A stretch of 64,000 nt of DNA from Squalus acanthias (GCA_030390025.1 CM059431.1:113956001-114020000); one strand, 5' to 3'; shown: positions 12,682-26,569, counted from the first letter of the stretch. Numbers and translations: made by a program. Notes: a model not told the origin generated them from the letters alone.

Positions 12682-12984
12682 CTAAAATTCCTGCATGAAA
12701 CATTCTCACGCAATGAATTCCTGATCTTGACTGGGGCATCGCTGGTGGGCAGCACTTGCAAGGGATAGGAAAAATATGGTGTGTGCATCTCAGATGTTCT
12801 CATGGATGGTTACACAGCAGCATTAGTAGAAAACTAGGAGCAAGTCACCTGCCCTAGCTCTGCCCACCACCCAGGTCAAGTAAAGGGGACCTAATGATGG
12901 GGAAAGGAGGAAGGACAGAGATGGGAGAAGGAATGAAACTAAATACAAGTCTGCTGCTGGAACAGCCACTTTCAAGCACAGCTC

Positions 12985-13370
12985 ACATAAGAACATAAGA
13001 AATAGGAGCAGGAGTAGGCCATGTAGCCCCTCGAGCCTGCTCCGCCATTCAATAAGATCATGGCTGATCTTTGACCTCAACTCCAGATTCCCACCCAATT
13101 CCCCATATCCCTTAGAGTCCAAAAATCTATCGATCTCAGCATTGAATATACTCAATGACTCAGCATCCACAGCACTTTGGGGTGGAGAATTCTAAAGATT
13201 CGCAACCCTCTGAATGAAGAAATGTCTCCTCATCTCAACCCTAAATGGCCGACCCCTTATCCTGAGACTATGCCCTAGTTCTAGGCTCATTAGCCAGGTG
13301 AAACAGCCTCTCTGTAGCTACCCTGTCAATCCCCCTCAGAATCTTATATGTTTCAATGAGATCACCTCTC
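12985..13370 (-). mobile_element. CR1-type LINE 3' fragment
   Basis: ACATAAGAACATAAGAAATAGGAGCAGGAGTAGGCCAT tail. The minus-strand translation includes SLSIFNAEIDRFLDSKG. Confidence 0.8.
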
Positions 13371-13424
13371 ATTCATTGGAAATACATAGCACAATAATAA
13401 ATTAATCCTGTAGAAGGTATACAA

Positions 13425-14232
13425 ATACTTGGGCTGATAAGTGGCAAGTAACAGTCACATCACACAAGTTTCAGGCAATGACTATCTCCAACAAGCAAGA
13501 GTCTAACCACCGCCCTTTGACATTCAACGGCATTATCATCGCTGAATTCCCCAGCATCAACATCCTGGGGGGTCACCATTGACCAGAAACTTAACTGGAC
13601 CAGCCACATAAATACTGTGGCTACAAGAGCAGGTCAGAGGCTGGGTTTTCTGCAGCGATTGTCTCAGCTCCTGACTCCCCAAAGCCTTTCCACCATCTAC
13701 AAAGCACAAATCAGGAGTGTGATGGAATACTCCCCACTTGCCTGGGTTAGTGCAGCTCCAACAATACTCAAGAAGCTCGATACCATCCAGGACAAAGCAG
13801 CCTGCTTGATCAACAGCCCACCCACCACCTTAAACATTCACTCCATCTACCACCAGCACACCGTGGCTGCATTGTGTTCCATCTACAAGATGCACAGCAG
13901 CAACTAGCCAAGGTTTCTTCGGCAGCACCTCCCAAACCCGCGACCACTACCACCGAGAAGGACAAGGGCAGCAGGCGCATGGGAACACCATGTAGCAAGT
14001 TCCCCTCCAAGTGACACACCATCCTGACTTGGAGGTATATCGCTGTTCCTTCATCATCACTGGGTCAAAATCCTGGAACTCCCAACCTAACAGCACTGTG
14101 GGAGTACCTTCACCACACGGACTGCAGCAGTTCAAGAAGGCGGCTCACCACAGCCTTCTCAAGGGCAACTAGGGATGGGCAATAAATGCTGGCCTTGCCA
14201 GCGACGCCCACATTACAGGAATGAATAAATTT
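13425..14232 (+). mobile_element. Non-LTR retrotransposon 3' fragment (RT C-terminal region and 3' UTR), decayed
   Basis: Translation ...AGQRLGFLQRLSQLLTPQSLSTIYKAQIRSVMEYSPLAW...KKLDTIQDKA is typical of the post-RT region of CR1/L2/Jockey-group ORF2. It has internal stops and ends in AATAAA and ATGAATAAA. Confidence 0.8.
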
Positions 14233-14914
14233 TAAAAATCCCTACATTGGGACCTTTATATTCTGTTACCAGTCTCGGGGATCTCTCAATAAAAAACAAC
14301 AGTATCTAGAAGCAAACTGGTAGAAGATATAGTCACACCAGAATGTTTCCAATTATGTCACTGATTTCCAATTACTGCCTGAGAAAATGCGTCCCATAAA
14401 CTAAAAGGGCAACACCTTTATGAAAAAAGATGACTGCAACTCTCTCTTGTTCATTTGTTGATCAATATAACACAGTGATGTAAAATCATGTCAGAAATGC
14501 ATCATTGCATCACTTGTATGTGATGTCACCATGGTGAAAATGGTCCATTTCTACTCAGTCCCTGAACAAATAAAAAGAGCTGGCAAACATTGTTTTTCAC
14601 AAAGGCCGTGCCCCTTTAATTTCTCCATTAACCACATAACCAATAACTGGCATCAGCTGTACCTGAATTTTTCTAATCACAATTTAATATGCTGACAGCA
14701 TGCATTTGCAGAAGTTTTACTTTATTATACATATAATTCTGACATGGCAACACTACATTCATTTCTCACTCTTAGACTATATCTTGGGAATCCTAATTAA
14801 GTCTGTATTGTGTACACTTAGAAAAGTTGCCACCACTTCCCATTAGAAAGTCTCTGTTTATTCATCAAACATTTACTGACAGTGACTGCTGGGAGCAGGA
14901 TCAGATTCCTCCTC

Positions 14915-15054
14915 NNNNNNNNNNNNNNNNNNNNNNNNNNNNNNNNNNNNNNNNNNNNNNNNNNNNNNNNNNNNNNNNNNNNNNNNNNNNNNNNNNNNNN
15001 NNNNNNNNNNNNNNNNNNNNNNNNNNNNNNNNNNNNNNNNNNNNNNNNNNNNNN
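14915..15054. other. Assembly gap (140 N)
   Basis: Run of N characters. Confidence 1.
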
Positions 15055-18000
15055 CTGGAGCCTTTATGAGTGATTACTAAGCTGCTGCAGAGAAGCCTTT
15101 CAAACCAATAGGCAGACTTACCAGGGCCATTTATCTGTGACTACATAATTGCTTTGGAAAACCTATCTCTTTCCTTGCTCATAGAATTAGGGATGCTTAA
15201 AGTCTTATTGACAGCAAGGGCTAAAATTCCCTGCAGATATAAAAATGTCCTCTCTTACGTTGTTGATTTTTTTTTTCCGGAATGAGAAAAATTCGGAAGG
15301 AGACAGATCATTTTTATTTGTTTCTGCATCTGTTTAATGTAAAGGGAAAAACGCTCAGAAGTTGTCATTTGATTGTGTGGTTGCAACTTGCAGATTGTCA
15401 TTTTCGTTATCAATCAGGCTGCAGAGTGTTTGCAATTCCACGGTGCAATGATGCACCATTGATGAAATCATGGAATCACCATCTTACCACAGGGCAGCGT
15501 GCCTGCAGAGGGTCCTGGATCTGAAGTTACAACGATTTTAAAACACTCACTAAAGTAATTTAAGTCAGAAACTTACAGAGTTGAATCGAGATGAGTTTTG
15601 GCATTTGTGTCATGCCAAATTGCACCAACACAAAATGTGCAGTGTTACTGCAGCACTAATGCACATGTTTAATCTTTTACCATTTCACTGGCAGATGGGT
15701 CGATAGCAGTGCCATGATTTCAGCTGAGGATCACCTACTGATCGGATTGGGCTTATTACAGGATCTTTATGAGCAGGCTTTCTCCAACACATGGATGCTA
15801 CACTCACCATTTTCTAATTGTCGGGCAAATTCACAAGCACCCAAAAATATTATTATACATAAGCGTTATGGCCCTGCCCCTCCATGACAGCAACATTTAC
15901 AGTTAAAGTAGGTTTTATTTTTCAGAGTGCCAAATAGAAAAATCTTTGTTAACATGACAGCACAGAAGCTCTGATTCTCTGTTTCATTCCAAACACCAAT
16001 ATCAACAAATCTATACATGTCAATGCATTAATCAAAGCTTATCTATACAGTAAAAAAGCATTGTTCAATGCATGCATGCACCAATGAAATAGTCTTATTG
16101 AAAAATTCAACCGTGGGCCATAGGACCTGGCAAATAAACTGTCCATAGAAAAGTGACCACTTGTGCTTTTGCTGAGAGAAATGGAAATTACAGCAACAGA
16201 GTCGTCCTTGTTACAAGGGTCTGTGACACACTGTGAAAAGTGGAAAATGTTGTAATGCCTGTACTATGAAAAGGATGAATAATTCATGTGACAGCATTAC
16301 AGGGATAATATTACCTTACCCTTCCTCCCGTCCCTTTAGTGATGGACAGAGTATCGTGGGGTGCATATGGCAGTTTCCGGAGACTATAGTTAATGCTGTG
16401 CTGTGGTGTGGCACCTCATCAGGCTCTAAATTTAAAGAGGAAAAAGTAAGCAGGAATAGTATAAAACATATTATTATTAATAATTTAAAAAATGATAAAC
16501 CCTAAACCAATATTTCTTTGTTCTTATAAAAGCTTGCCTTGCAAAATGGGGTAGTCAAAAACTGATCACCCTTTAACAGGTTACAAGGTAGCTTGCATTA
16601 CATTCAGCAGATTTTGAGGGATCTTGGCTGTTTAGTCTATAGCTCGATCTGCACCTACCACTTGCATAGTCTGTAGCTCAGACTTCCCTGAAGGAAGCTC
16701 ACGGGCTGCAGCCCACTAGAGAAGGAAACCTGAATCCAAGTACCTTAAGTCCTTCCATTAGCATTTCCAAAATTGATCTAAGAACATAGACAAATAGCTA
16801 GATGGATAAACCTTTTAGCCTCTGCTAGAAACAATATTTAAAATGTTTTGTGGATCCCTAGATCCAGGATACCCCAGAAAAATCTTACTTAGATCAGATC
16901 TGTCATGTTAATAAACCTACAACTATATTACTTGTTTGCAGGAATATAATTACAAAGAATAACCATAGATGATTTACCTGTATGGACATAAGTGGCAAAG
17001 TGGTGGACTATGGCAAAAATTAACTCAATATGAAATCTGAATGCAATCTCATCTTTGAAACTTCAGAAAAAGAGGTTAAATTGCTGCTACTGAAATATGC
17101 AATCATTACAAGAGTCCAAAACTGCAAAGTCAACATGAGTTATGTGCTTAAGCTGTACCCTCAACATGTGAGAGTATGACAGAGTAATACGGCCTCACCA
17201 TAGCCTGGCACTGGTCCAGCTTGTTAAAACTATGACTTAATTAATCCTCTGTGATATAACAAGGTGGCCATTTAGCCTCCTATAAAATTCTAGTCAACTG
17301 GACATTTTATGCAATTTTTGCTGCGATGGTTAAAGCAGAGCTTCAAAAGTTAAAATATGCTTTGGAACTGTCATCATTGACTCATCTTGTGGTGCACCAA
17401 GTAGAGATTTCAATCTTATCAGAGATGATTTTAAATGGGTTTCTACTCCATATTGAATGCATTCTTAATGACCACAAACTTACAAAACTTTCAATGGTAC
17501 AATATTAAAAATTAACATAACCCCCCCTCAGGGAATTTAGTATTTAAGGGATTAAATGTGAAGATAGGCAATAGTGTATTAGCCTTCAACCAGATACCAG
17601 CAGGCTGACAATCCACAAGGATATATGGAATTGACTGGACTTTTGTATGAAATGATTAAGAAATAGAGACTTTTCAGCAGCTTGTGTTTTGTTAGACTGG
17701 GTGGAAAAGAAGCATCACAGTAGAGAAAGAGCAAGCTGATCAAGCATCCAGTATACGTACCTCATACTGCACTTCAGCTACTCTTCAAATGATCTCATTT
17801 CCAATGTACAGTACTTGGAACTCCTGTGTGGGAATGCAGAGGTGACAGTTCAAAGCAGGAAAAAGCTAACATAACAACCAACCAGACAAAGAAAAAGGAT
17901 CTCCTCTTTTTATCTTTTAAAGTGTGCCTCTGCGTGCACAGTATCTGCCTGCAGCCATGCTATACTGCCTGCTTTAATTTGTCTTTAATATCAGATGCAC

Positions 18001-18611
18001 CAGTATCGATTTCTTCTGTGTATGTTTTCATTCTGAATAATTCAGAGGCACAATTTTTTTCCATTATGGTCAATAGCAGGAGCAAATTTTTGAGGATAAT
18101 CAATTGAGTCCTGCCTGACGATTAGTGGTGTGGGTATCCCCTGACGAAACAGGGGTAGGAAAGGCAGGCAGATAATATGACACAACAGTCAATCACGGCA
18201 ATCAGCTGATGTATCAACACTGGTTTCATGTTGGGAGTCTAGATCCATAACCGAGGCCCATAATGGCCTCTAATAGTTCACACTCTTGACTTTTCATCAT
18301 ATGTCGCATGTCAGCAGCACGGTTAGTGGTGTGTGTTGCTTTGAAAGACAGTCACTCTGCCCTTGATATGCAATAGTATCCGTTTATAGGCTGGCTTTGC
18401 TCTTATTCTGCCAGACTTGTGATACAATCCATTTCAATGAATGCTGTCAATGGAGGAGGGACTGGCCGTGCAGAAATAATGCTCCTTTAATAAGTCTTTT
18501 AAAAATGATAGATTGAATACATTTTGGGGGAAACTTGGAGAGAAAAAAATCTATGTACATTTTAAAGTGATATTAAAAAGAGCCGGGGGGGGGGGGTGGA
18601 GGTGGGGGGGG

Positions 18612-18820
18612 TGGGGGTGGTAATTTTAACTTTAGGCGGTGTTGTGAAACGGGCGATGGCGGATTGGCTGCCCATTATATATCCATTTTGCCTTCCATTG
18701 AAGTCAATAGAGCGGAAAAATCGGGCGGAGTGTACATTGGCCGTCCGATCACGCACCATCCTGACTTCGGCATATACCGCCATTCCTTCAGCATTGGAGG
18801 GTCAATATCCAGAATTTCCT
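18612..18820. repeat. Short palindromic (hairpin) MITE-like element, copy 1
   Basis: Imperfect inverted arms around the centre CCATTGAAGTCAAT. Shares GGGCGAT.G.G.AT.GG..GCCC with copy 2. Confidence 0.55.
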
Positions 18821-19045
18821 ACTTAACACCATCATTGGCTCACAATCAGCACAAGAACTGCAGCGGCTCAAGGAGAAGGCCCACCACCATCTTTTCAACA
18901 CAACCAGAATGGCCAATCATTGCGACCTTGCCAGCATTGGAACTTTCAGAAAATATAGTGCTAATCAGTGTTGAATTTTGGGGTGATTTTTGCGTTAGAC
19001 TTGTCCTCACTGCAAAACTTGAGACAGAAGTTGAGAAAAGACTTT

Positions 19046-19200
19046 GGGGTAGAAATTAGACTTGTGAGATAAGGCAAAATGGGCGATAGTGAATCGGTAG
19101 CCCGTTTTACACACTGCCCTATTTTTTTTTACCATTGAATCAATCTGCTGCTGATTCGCTGTTGCCTGTTTTGCACTAACCTCCCAAGACAAATTTTTAT
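19046..19200. repeat. Short palindromic MITE-like element, copy 2
   Basis: The left arm AGAAATTAGACTT...GCAAAATGGGCGATAGTGAATCGG pairs with CTGATTCGCTGTTGCCTGTTTTGC...AAGACAAATTT. The centre is CCATTGAATCAAT. Confidence 0.55.
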
Positions 19201-20472
19201 CTTGCCAGTCTGCACTGCATTCAAACTAAGATCCCAGAGATGAAAGGACCCACAATCTCATCCCCTGCTTTTCATCTTCACAAATTATAACATATTTCCA
19301 GTTTTTCACGTGACAATGCATTTTGGAATTTCAATACAGTTGTGATTTCCTGTATTAGCAAAAAATCTGTCAGGACAATAGAAATTATACAGTCTTCAGT
19401 CACATCAGTAACTATTTATAACACTTAAACTACAGATTGCTACACACTAAGAATGAACATAATTATTGCAGTTTCTCTGCATATAAAACTCACAGGAATG
19501 CAGACAAATAAATCAGTCATTAAATTCCCCATCTGTTCCAAGAGAAGTGTATTATCTCTTGCACATTACTCAGATCAGGGGGTTCTGACCTTTTCTTTCC
19601 CCTGTGTTTAGTATTAATAAGATGGATCACATAACAACCTTGTATTACAATACCAGTCCTGCACAGGCCGTGCTTGAAAAATACAAGGAAACAATGCAAG
19701 AAAACCAGGGCTGACAGACAGACATGTTCTTTACCAAGTCAAACCTGCAGGGTCATTCCAATGACTAAATCTAAATGAACACACAAGCAAAAATAAACTT
19801 TAACATTCTAGTGTATTTGTTTTGGTTAGATTTCTGAATAAAAAATATATCTACTCATCTCACTTTAGAGCTAATCTCAAGGACAAAATTCCAGTGTATT
19901 TTGAGGAAGTGACAATGAATTAAATTTCTATTAAAAGTGAAACGTTTTAATGGGGGAACCTAATAACTATTATTATCAGGAATAATCAAAGTAGTTACTG
20001 ATTATGGCTACCACTTTTGGCCATTTAATATCAGTTTAGAATTACTTGCCAATACTTCCAATAGGGTATGCTGGATAATGAACAGGTGCAGGAACCCTGG
20101 CTATCGTTTTTCCTTTCACAAATCCAAGAATGCTGGAGCCAACTACAGTCCACCTACCTCCATCTCAGCTAAGGCTAGCTAACTTAATCACTGACCAGGC
20201 AGGAAACATGGGGCAATGTCACACCTCATGGTGCATTTAAGCACTGAGACATGGGGGAGTCTTCTAAGTTTCATTTCTTTTGGTGCCTTCTTTTGTGAAA
20301 AATAGTCCATGTCACTTCAAGGTAAGAAAACTGTCCACGTGAGGAGGACATTCATGAATGTAGGACCTCAGATGAAGAGCATCTGAGTAAGGAAGTACAA
20401 ATTTAACTTTAAAACATAGTTCAACCCTTTTCTAAATGTTATCTGATCCCCAAGATTGCATGTTCTTTACAA

Positions 20473-20604
20473 AAGAAAAATACTGCGGATGCTGGAAATC
20501 TGAAATAAAAACAGAAAATGCTGGAAATACTCAGCAGGTCAGGCAGCATCTGTGGAGAGAGAAACAGAGTTAACGTTTCAGGTCGATGATCCATTGTCAG
20601 AACA
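20473..20604 (-). repeat. Penelope-like terminal repeat remnant
   Basis: AATACTGCGGATGCTGGAAATCTGAAATAAAAACAGAAAATGCTGGAAATACTCAGCAGGTCAGGCAGCATCTGTGGAGAGAGAAACAGAGTTAACGTTTCAGG. Homologous copies lie at 4205-4392, 46350-46468 and 57473-57602. The family name is from recall. Confidence 0.6.
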
Positions 20605-20714
20605 TTTTTTGCCTCCATTTCCCGGACGCATGTTCTTTAACTCATTTCTGTGTATTTAGTATTTTTTAATCATATTAGTAAAAATTTTATTTTTATTCTA
20701 AAAGAGAGAAAAGA

Positions 20715-20931
20715 TAAAGAAAGAACTTACATTTATATAGCGCCTTTCATGACCTCAGTCCATCCCAAAGCGCTTTACAGCCAATGAAGAACTGTTTGAA
20801 GTGAGTCACTGTTGTAATGTAGGAAACACGGCAGCCAATTTGCACACAGCAAGCTCCCACAGACAGCAATGTGATAATGACCAGATAAACTGTTTTAGGG
20901 ATGTTGTTTGAGGGATAAATGTTGGCCAGGA
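20715..20931 (-). mobile_element. SINE 3' half (SacSINE1-like)
   Basis: High identity to 46865-47062 and to the split copy at 6795-7785. Confidence 0.75.
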
Positions 20932-21187
20932 TGCATTTAAAGTCAAAAAGAAAATCAAACATGCAATAATTTATCTTTGTCCCTTTAAGATTAATAGTTC
21001 CGAAGTTTGCAATTAATTTTGTGGCTTCACTGAGTATCAAACATGAGCATAATGATATAAGGATATGCAGGTTTGCCATATAATTGATGGGATTTATTTA
21101 GAGAAAGTATCCATATTTTCCCTATATTTTATGCATTACTAGATCTCCAGTGGCGTTGCTCACAGATAGTCTGAAACCTGGAATGAA

Positions 21188-21956
21188 TGCCCCAATATTA
21201 ACGGGGAGGTGGGAGGGAGCGGGGTGGGGGGCAGTTTTGCGTTCAGGATCAGGTCCTGCTGAATTTAACAGCAAGATCTGATTAACATTTCTTGCCTCCA
21301 TTTCCCAGCAGCAGCCAATCAGATTGAGAGGCTGGCTGGCTGTCGGGTGGGTAGGCCTTCGGCACCAGGCCGCAGCCAGGGAGCGAGAGGAGAGGAGGAT
21401 GGGAGGGATTGGAAAGGCCGGGGGCGGGGTGGGTGAGGTGAGATCAAAAAGGCTGGATCGGGAGGGGCGGGGGAGGGGAGATCGTAGCTCGGGTTGGGGG
21501 GGGGTGCGGAGAGTGAATCGAGGAAGGGTGGTCAGATCGCGGGGAGGGCGATCGCGGGAGGGTGGAGGGAAGCAGGTTAACTTGTTGGGCCGGGGGGGGG
21601 GGTGAGCACTCCTGCCCTTCCTGGCCCACAAGCTGTGCTGAAAAGCACTTACCTCTTCCACGCAGCAGTCCTCGCTTCCCTTTAGCTGTCGGGTTTCCCG
21701 AGGTGCGGGAAACCCGGCCAGCCAGGCTCAAACCTAAAATGGAGAACAAATCTGAGGCACGCAGCCTCATTAAAATATTTAAATGAGAGACCTGCCTCTT
21801 GGAATGGGTTGGCTGCCTACCCCCTCCACTGTCCCGCCTCCAATAAAACCGGAAGTGGGCGGGTTCGAGGCGGGCTGGGTTTGTGTTTGAGATTTTTAAC
21901 ATCTTTACATTCCACCCTACCCAAACCCACCTGTTTTGAGGGCTTAAATTCCCCTC
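21188..21956. mobile_element. MITE of the same family as 10201-11013
   Basis: Shares GCCTCATTA(A/C)AATATTTAAAT, GTCCCGCCTCC...AAGTGGG and the G-rich GATCG array with 10201-11013. The ends are degenerate, with a possible GAA duplication. Confidence 0.7.
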
Positions 21957-22539
21957 GAAGTTTCTGATGTTTACCATGGACGCTTTTATAAAACTAAAAA
22001 GGCTGACATAAGATTATTTACCCAAAACAATTTGGCTATACATGTTTATATATTTTTTTTAAATACAACTGTTTATTGTAGGCTTACAGAGAAATAGGTC
22101 TGGATTTTCAACTGCTGATCGTTCATTACTGTGCTAGAAATCAGTCAACTGGTGAATGGGTTGGAGTTCTGTCTCACTAGAACATCACTCGCTTTGTGTC
22201 TGGATATAGTTTCCAGGGCAGGACAAGCAATCAATTCAAACTGGCAGGTGCTTCACTTAAATATTAATTTGGGGGCATGTCTATCTTGCATAATATTTCC
22301 CACCATTTAAGTTTGAAGGACTTCCAACCTAAATCACACCCAGATATCCAGAGCCGCTAACCAGGAGTAAGTGTACAGAAGGAAGCACTCCAATCACTGT
22401 GTGTCATGCTTTCAGTGGCACTGCATGAAAGAAGGCGTGCCAGGGTGATCAATAGCCAAGATACCCTGATTGGCCATGTGCCAAGAGGCCACCAACCATA
22501 TCTGCAAAACCTGGCACATCTACCATGGAAACTATCTTG

Positions 22540-23015
22540 ACATTACAGCACAGAAGGAGGCCATTCAGCCCATCATGCCTGTGCCGGCTCTTTGAAAGAG
22601 CTATCCAATTAGTCCCACTTCCCCGCTCAGTCCCCCATAGCCATGCAATTTTTTTCCTTTTCAAGCATATATCAATTCCCTTTGAAAGTTACTATTGAGT
22701 CTGCTTCCCTTTCAGGCAGCGCATTCCAGATTATAACAACTCACTGTGTAAAAAATAATTCTTATTTCCCCTCTGGTTCAATTGCCAATTATCTTAACTT
22801 TGTGTCCTTTGGTTACTGACCTTCCTGCCAGTGGAAACAGTTTCTCCTTATTTACTCTATCAAAACCCTTCATAATTTAGAATACCTCTATTAAATCTCC
22901 CTTAACCTTCTCTGCTCTAAGGTGAACAATCGCAATTTCTCTACTCTCTCCACATAACTGAAATCCCTCATCCCTCATACCATTCTAGTAAATCTCCTCT
23001 GCACCCTCTCCAAGG
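22540..23015 (-). mobile_element. CR1-type LINE 3' fragment (second subfamily)
   Basis: ACAGCACAGAAGGAGGCCATTCAGCCCATC tail and CCTCTGCACCCTCTCCAAG in ORF2. Homologous short copies lie at 26570-26668 (+) and about 41150-41320 (-). Confidence 0.75.
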
Positions 23016-26000
23016 TCAGCTGTGATCAGAAACTAGGTTACACTTCCTTGCAGGCATGCTGCAATGCTGATCTTTAGGGATGGTGCTCACAATCACCTCA
23101 TGCAGCACCATCTCAGCTTCAGCAGCTATTCGACAGGGGTTCAGGTGCTGGGCTGCTCCATTGTGTATGCTCCTTGGGTTTCCTTATCTTTAATTTTATT
23201 TTTCTGTCTTTTCTTAGTCCTCTCCCTTTCAGCCTTGGCATAATGATTTGAGATGCCTTTTGCTTTCCAAAGGTTTGCAGAATTGTTGTCCCATTCTGTG
23301 CCACTCCCCTTTAATTGTCCACATCCTTTTACATTTTCAGCTCCACCAGACCTCTGCTCCCTGTACCCATTCTAATTTGCACCAGAAGCCGACCTTGGAA
23401 AATTTGCTAAAAGTGCGTTTCTTTGCATTTATTCTACAACCTTAGCCTTGCTACCAAGCGGCTTTCCCTTCGCATTGAAACTAAGGTTACAGTGTGGCTC
23501 CAGAACTGGAAGAAGAAATAGTGAGAAACCCCTAGAGGAGGTAGGCTCAAACTGCTTGGGTTGGACACTAGATGCAAATAACTCCAGTGTGGTATCAAAC
23601 CTGGTTCGAAAAGTGCTCAGATGGTCTTTGAATCTCCTCAACACTTTTCAATTATCCAGAATTGGCATAAATGTTTCACGAGTGCTGCGCTCCTTCCCAT
23701 GCTCTTGAAACATTTCATTTTTTATCACTGGGAGAGGAGCTGTCTGCATGGCAGGGAAATTCCAGTTGGCATTAGTTAGGATGAGAACTGCCTGGTTAGA
23801 ATCAATACTGTTGCGACTCGTCTTAGATTGCTGAATAGAGTATAAATGCAGCTTAATTGAGAGAAAGAAGCCCAAAGGTACTTTTGGCTTGTGGCAGACC
23901 CATTTCTCCTTCCGGCATTGCAAGAGTTTGCTACATAACTTAAATTGATGGCACAAAGTGGATGTGACCCAGTTCGTGAATTGAGCTATTCGTGTACCTT
24001 ATGCCCATCATGTCCCTTTTCTCAGCATTGTGAATGTGAGGAGAGCTATGTAAATGAAAGTTGTACTTGTTAAAAGCTATAGCTTTCTTTGCAGTCTTAC
24101 AGTTTGCTCTCAATATTTAAACAGATTTCATTTTTAAATGCTGGAAGTAAATTTGAAAAAATAGCAGTCTTCATGAGATTGGCAAGGAGTATTGTTATGC
24201 CACAATACAATACAGTAAAATAACTTTTTTTTTAAATGCTAATAAATGCAATCTAACAATTAGGAATAACAGTGGGATTAATCTATCCTACAAAAGTAAT
24301 GTTTCCTCAGACAATCCTATCGATAATGCTGCAGTAGAATACTTGCAAATCACAAGGTATGTGATCTATTTGTTTCCTTGTGCATTATTGCAACTGCTGT
24401 GGCAAGTTACAGCTATGACTCTCTGGGCACTCACAAGGTCACTCGCAGGGCATGATGCACTATTTTGAGGCAGTATGATAAATGCTCTTAACCTCATCAC
24501 AAATGAGATAATCATTAACTCTAGATCTTGCAGTACAAATGACATTAATATCCATTGGACAGACAAGTCTAATCCCTGCTTTTGTAGACAATGTGAAAAC
24601 GTATGCCATTATCCATCAGAATAGCAGTCCCTCAATATATATACATATATATATTATATATATATATTTTAATGGAAGTACTGACTGCATTGCCTCAGAT
24701 GTGCTATCAGTAAGTCTAGTGATTAATCACAAGGAATTTAGTCAAAAGTCACAGGACAGTTATGGGTGAAATCAGAAAAACAATTGTATTGAATGCAAGA
24801 ACAGCAAATTGATGTTGAAACATGTTCCTGCACTAATGATGCTAATGGGAACTTCCTCAAACCAAACCGCTGCTATCTACAAATTTACTTAATAAATTGT
24901 GACTTTGAAGGTGATAAAATCTTCGACTTGAGCACTGAGATCAGCTGCAGTCGTAGCATGGCACCCAGATACCGTGCAGCCGATACAGCACAGCGCTTCC
25001 CCGGTCACAGTGGGTTACAGAAATCATGGGATGTCATACCACGACAAATCACTACCTTTAACTATCAGTATCTAGATGACATCATTACATCTGGACAGGG
25101 TTGAGCTCTGAAATGATTCTTAAATTCAAAATGGTCTGAACTGAGGCAGTTACATTTGCAAAGAATCGACATATGCTGAACAACTCAGGTACGTTAACTG
25201 AACAGGCCATGCCACTATGCATGTCACAACTGGTTTTATGCTTATTTGGCAAAATTCCATTAAACCGGTTGTTGCACCCCAGCTTGGAGATGTGATATAC
25301 AGTTGTTAAGTGCGGCTTCGTGGTTTTTAGACACTGTTGCCATGACTTTAAAAGCGTGAAGCTGCACTCAGAAAATGATGGGAGCTTGACAGAATCCACA
25401 TCCAAACACAGCCTGCATTTACTGATAGGCTGTATTTTAAGAAGTAGAGTTAACATACTCTAAAGCATTTTTTGGTTGCATTTATATAAACTGTCACCTT
25501 AATTTCAAGAATGAAATCATGGGCAGCCGTAGAGTGTCGAGCTCTCCTCAGGAGATCCAAGTTCCATTTGCAGTTTCGCCTGACATTAACACTCAGCATT
25601 CCTTTTAGAAGGTTGACTCGCCAGTCTCAACCGGCTCACCTGGGAAAGGGGGGAGAAATTTACTCTTCTGCCTCCCCCAAGTTGACCTCTTAGTCATTTG
25701 TCCAAAGGATGGCAGTGATAGCATCTGATAAATTGTCAACAGTTGGAACCCCCTGGGATCGGGAAGGGGTACGGAGACTTAAAATACAAGTTAAAATGAA
25801 AAGTGAAGACTAAATGCGAAGCAGTTATACCCTTTTGAATATTAAACTACTATTGGCAAACTAGGTATAAATATTTCCCTTATTACAAGTGGATTTTAAG
25901 TAGCTAATTTTGCTGAGAAGTTATTCATTTTACTAAGTGAAACTAGGCATTACATCAGCTACATTCGTGACATAATTAAAATGCTGCCATGTTACTCTCA

Positions 26001-26569
26001 GCTCACCATACACTGCTTGGAGTTCAATTGCATGTAGCAACTGTTTCAAAAGCTGGACCAGGAAATCTCTCAGGTACAAACTTTCTGGGACTTGGAGAGA
26101 TCCCAGTGATATCATTGGTATTGCAGAGAGGTAGGTTGCTTCCAAGTTATGTATTACAACAAATTATTAAAAGTGTGGCATGCCTTATTTATTTATTCAT
26201 TCTTTTATATTCTCTTTGGTGAGAGTATGTATCTCTCCATTTCTTTCAAGTTTTCTGAGATTCCTTGGCCGTGCACCAACCGCAGCTAGGAGGTGGGTGA
26301 CCAGCTCCCAGATTTCTGGCGACACCATTCTTGAACTGATCACCGGAATTGTGGCCCATTGAGGATTCTCTGTCAACTTTGCTTCCCTTCCTCCATCAGG
26401 AAGCAGCTGGGCTCCACTCAGGGTCTCCTCAGTGTGGCACAACTGAGATCAGCAACTCAGTGGTGTGGGTTAATCACATGCTCAAACCCATATTTTACCA
26501 TCTTTGCACGTCATACGTTTGGAGTAGCATCTTGTTGCCTTACTTTGATTTTAAAGTAACATGATTTAG

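Noticed and set aside
14827-15073. ORFs spanning the N run
   Set aside because: They are artefacts of the assembly gap.
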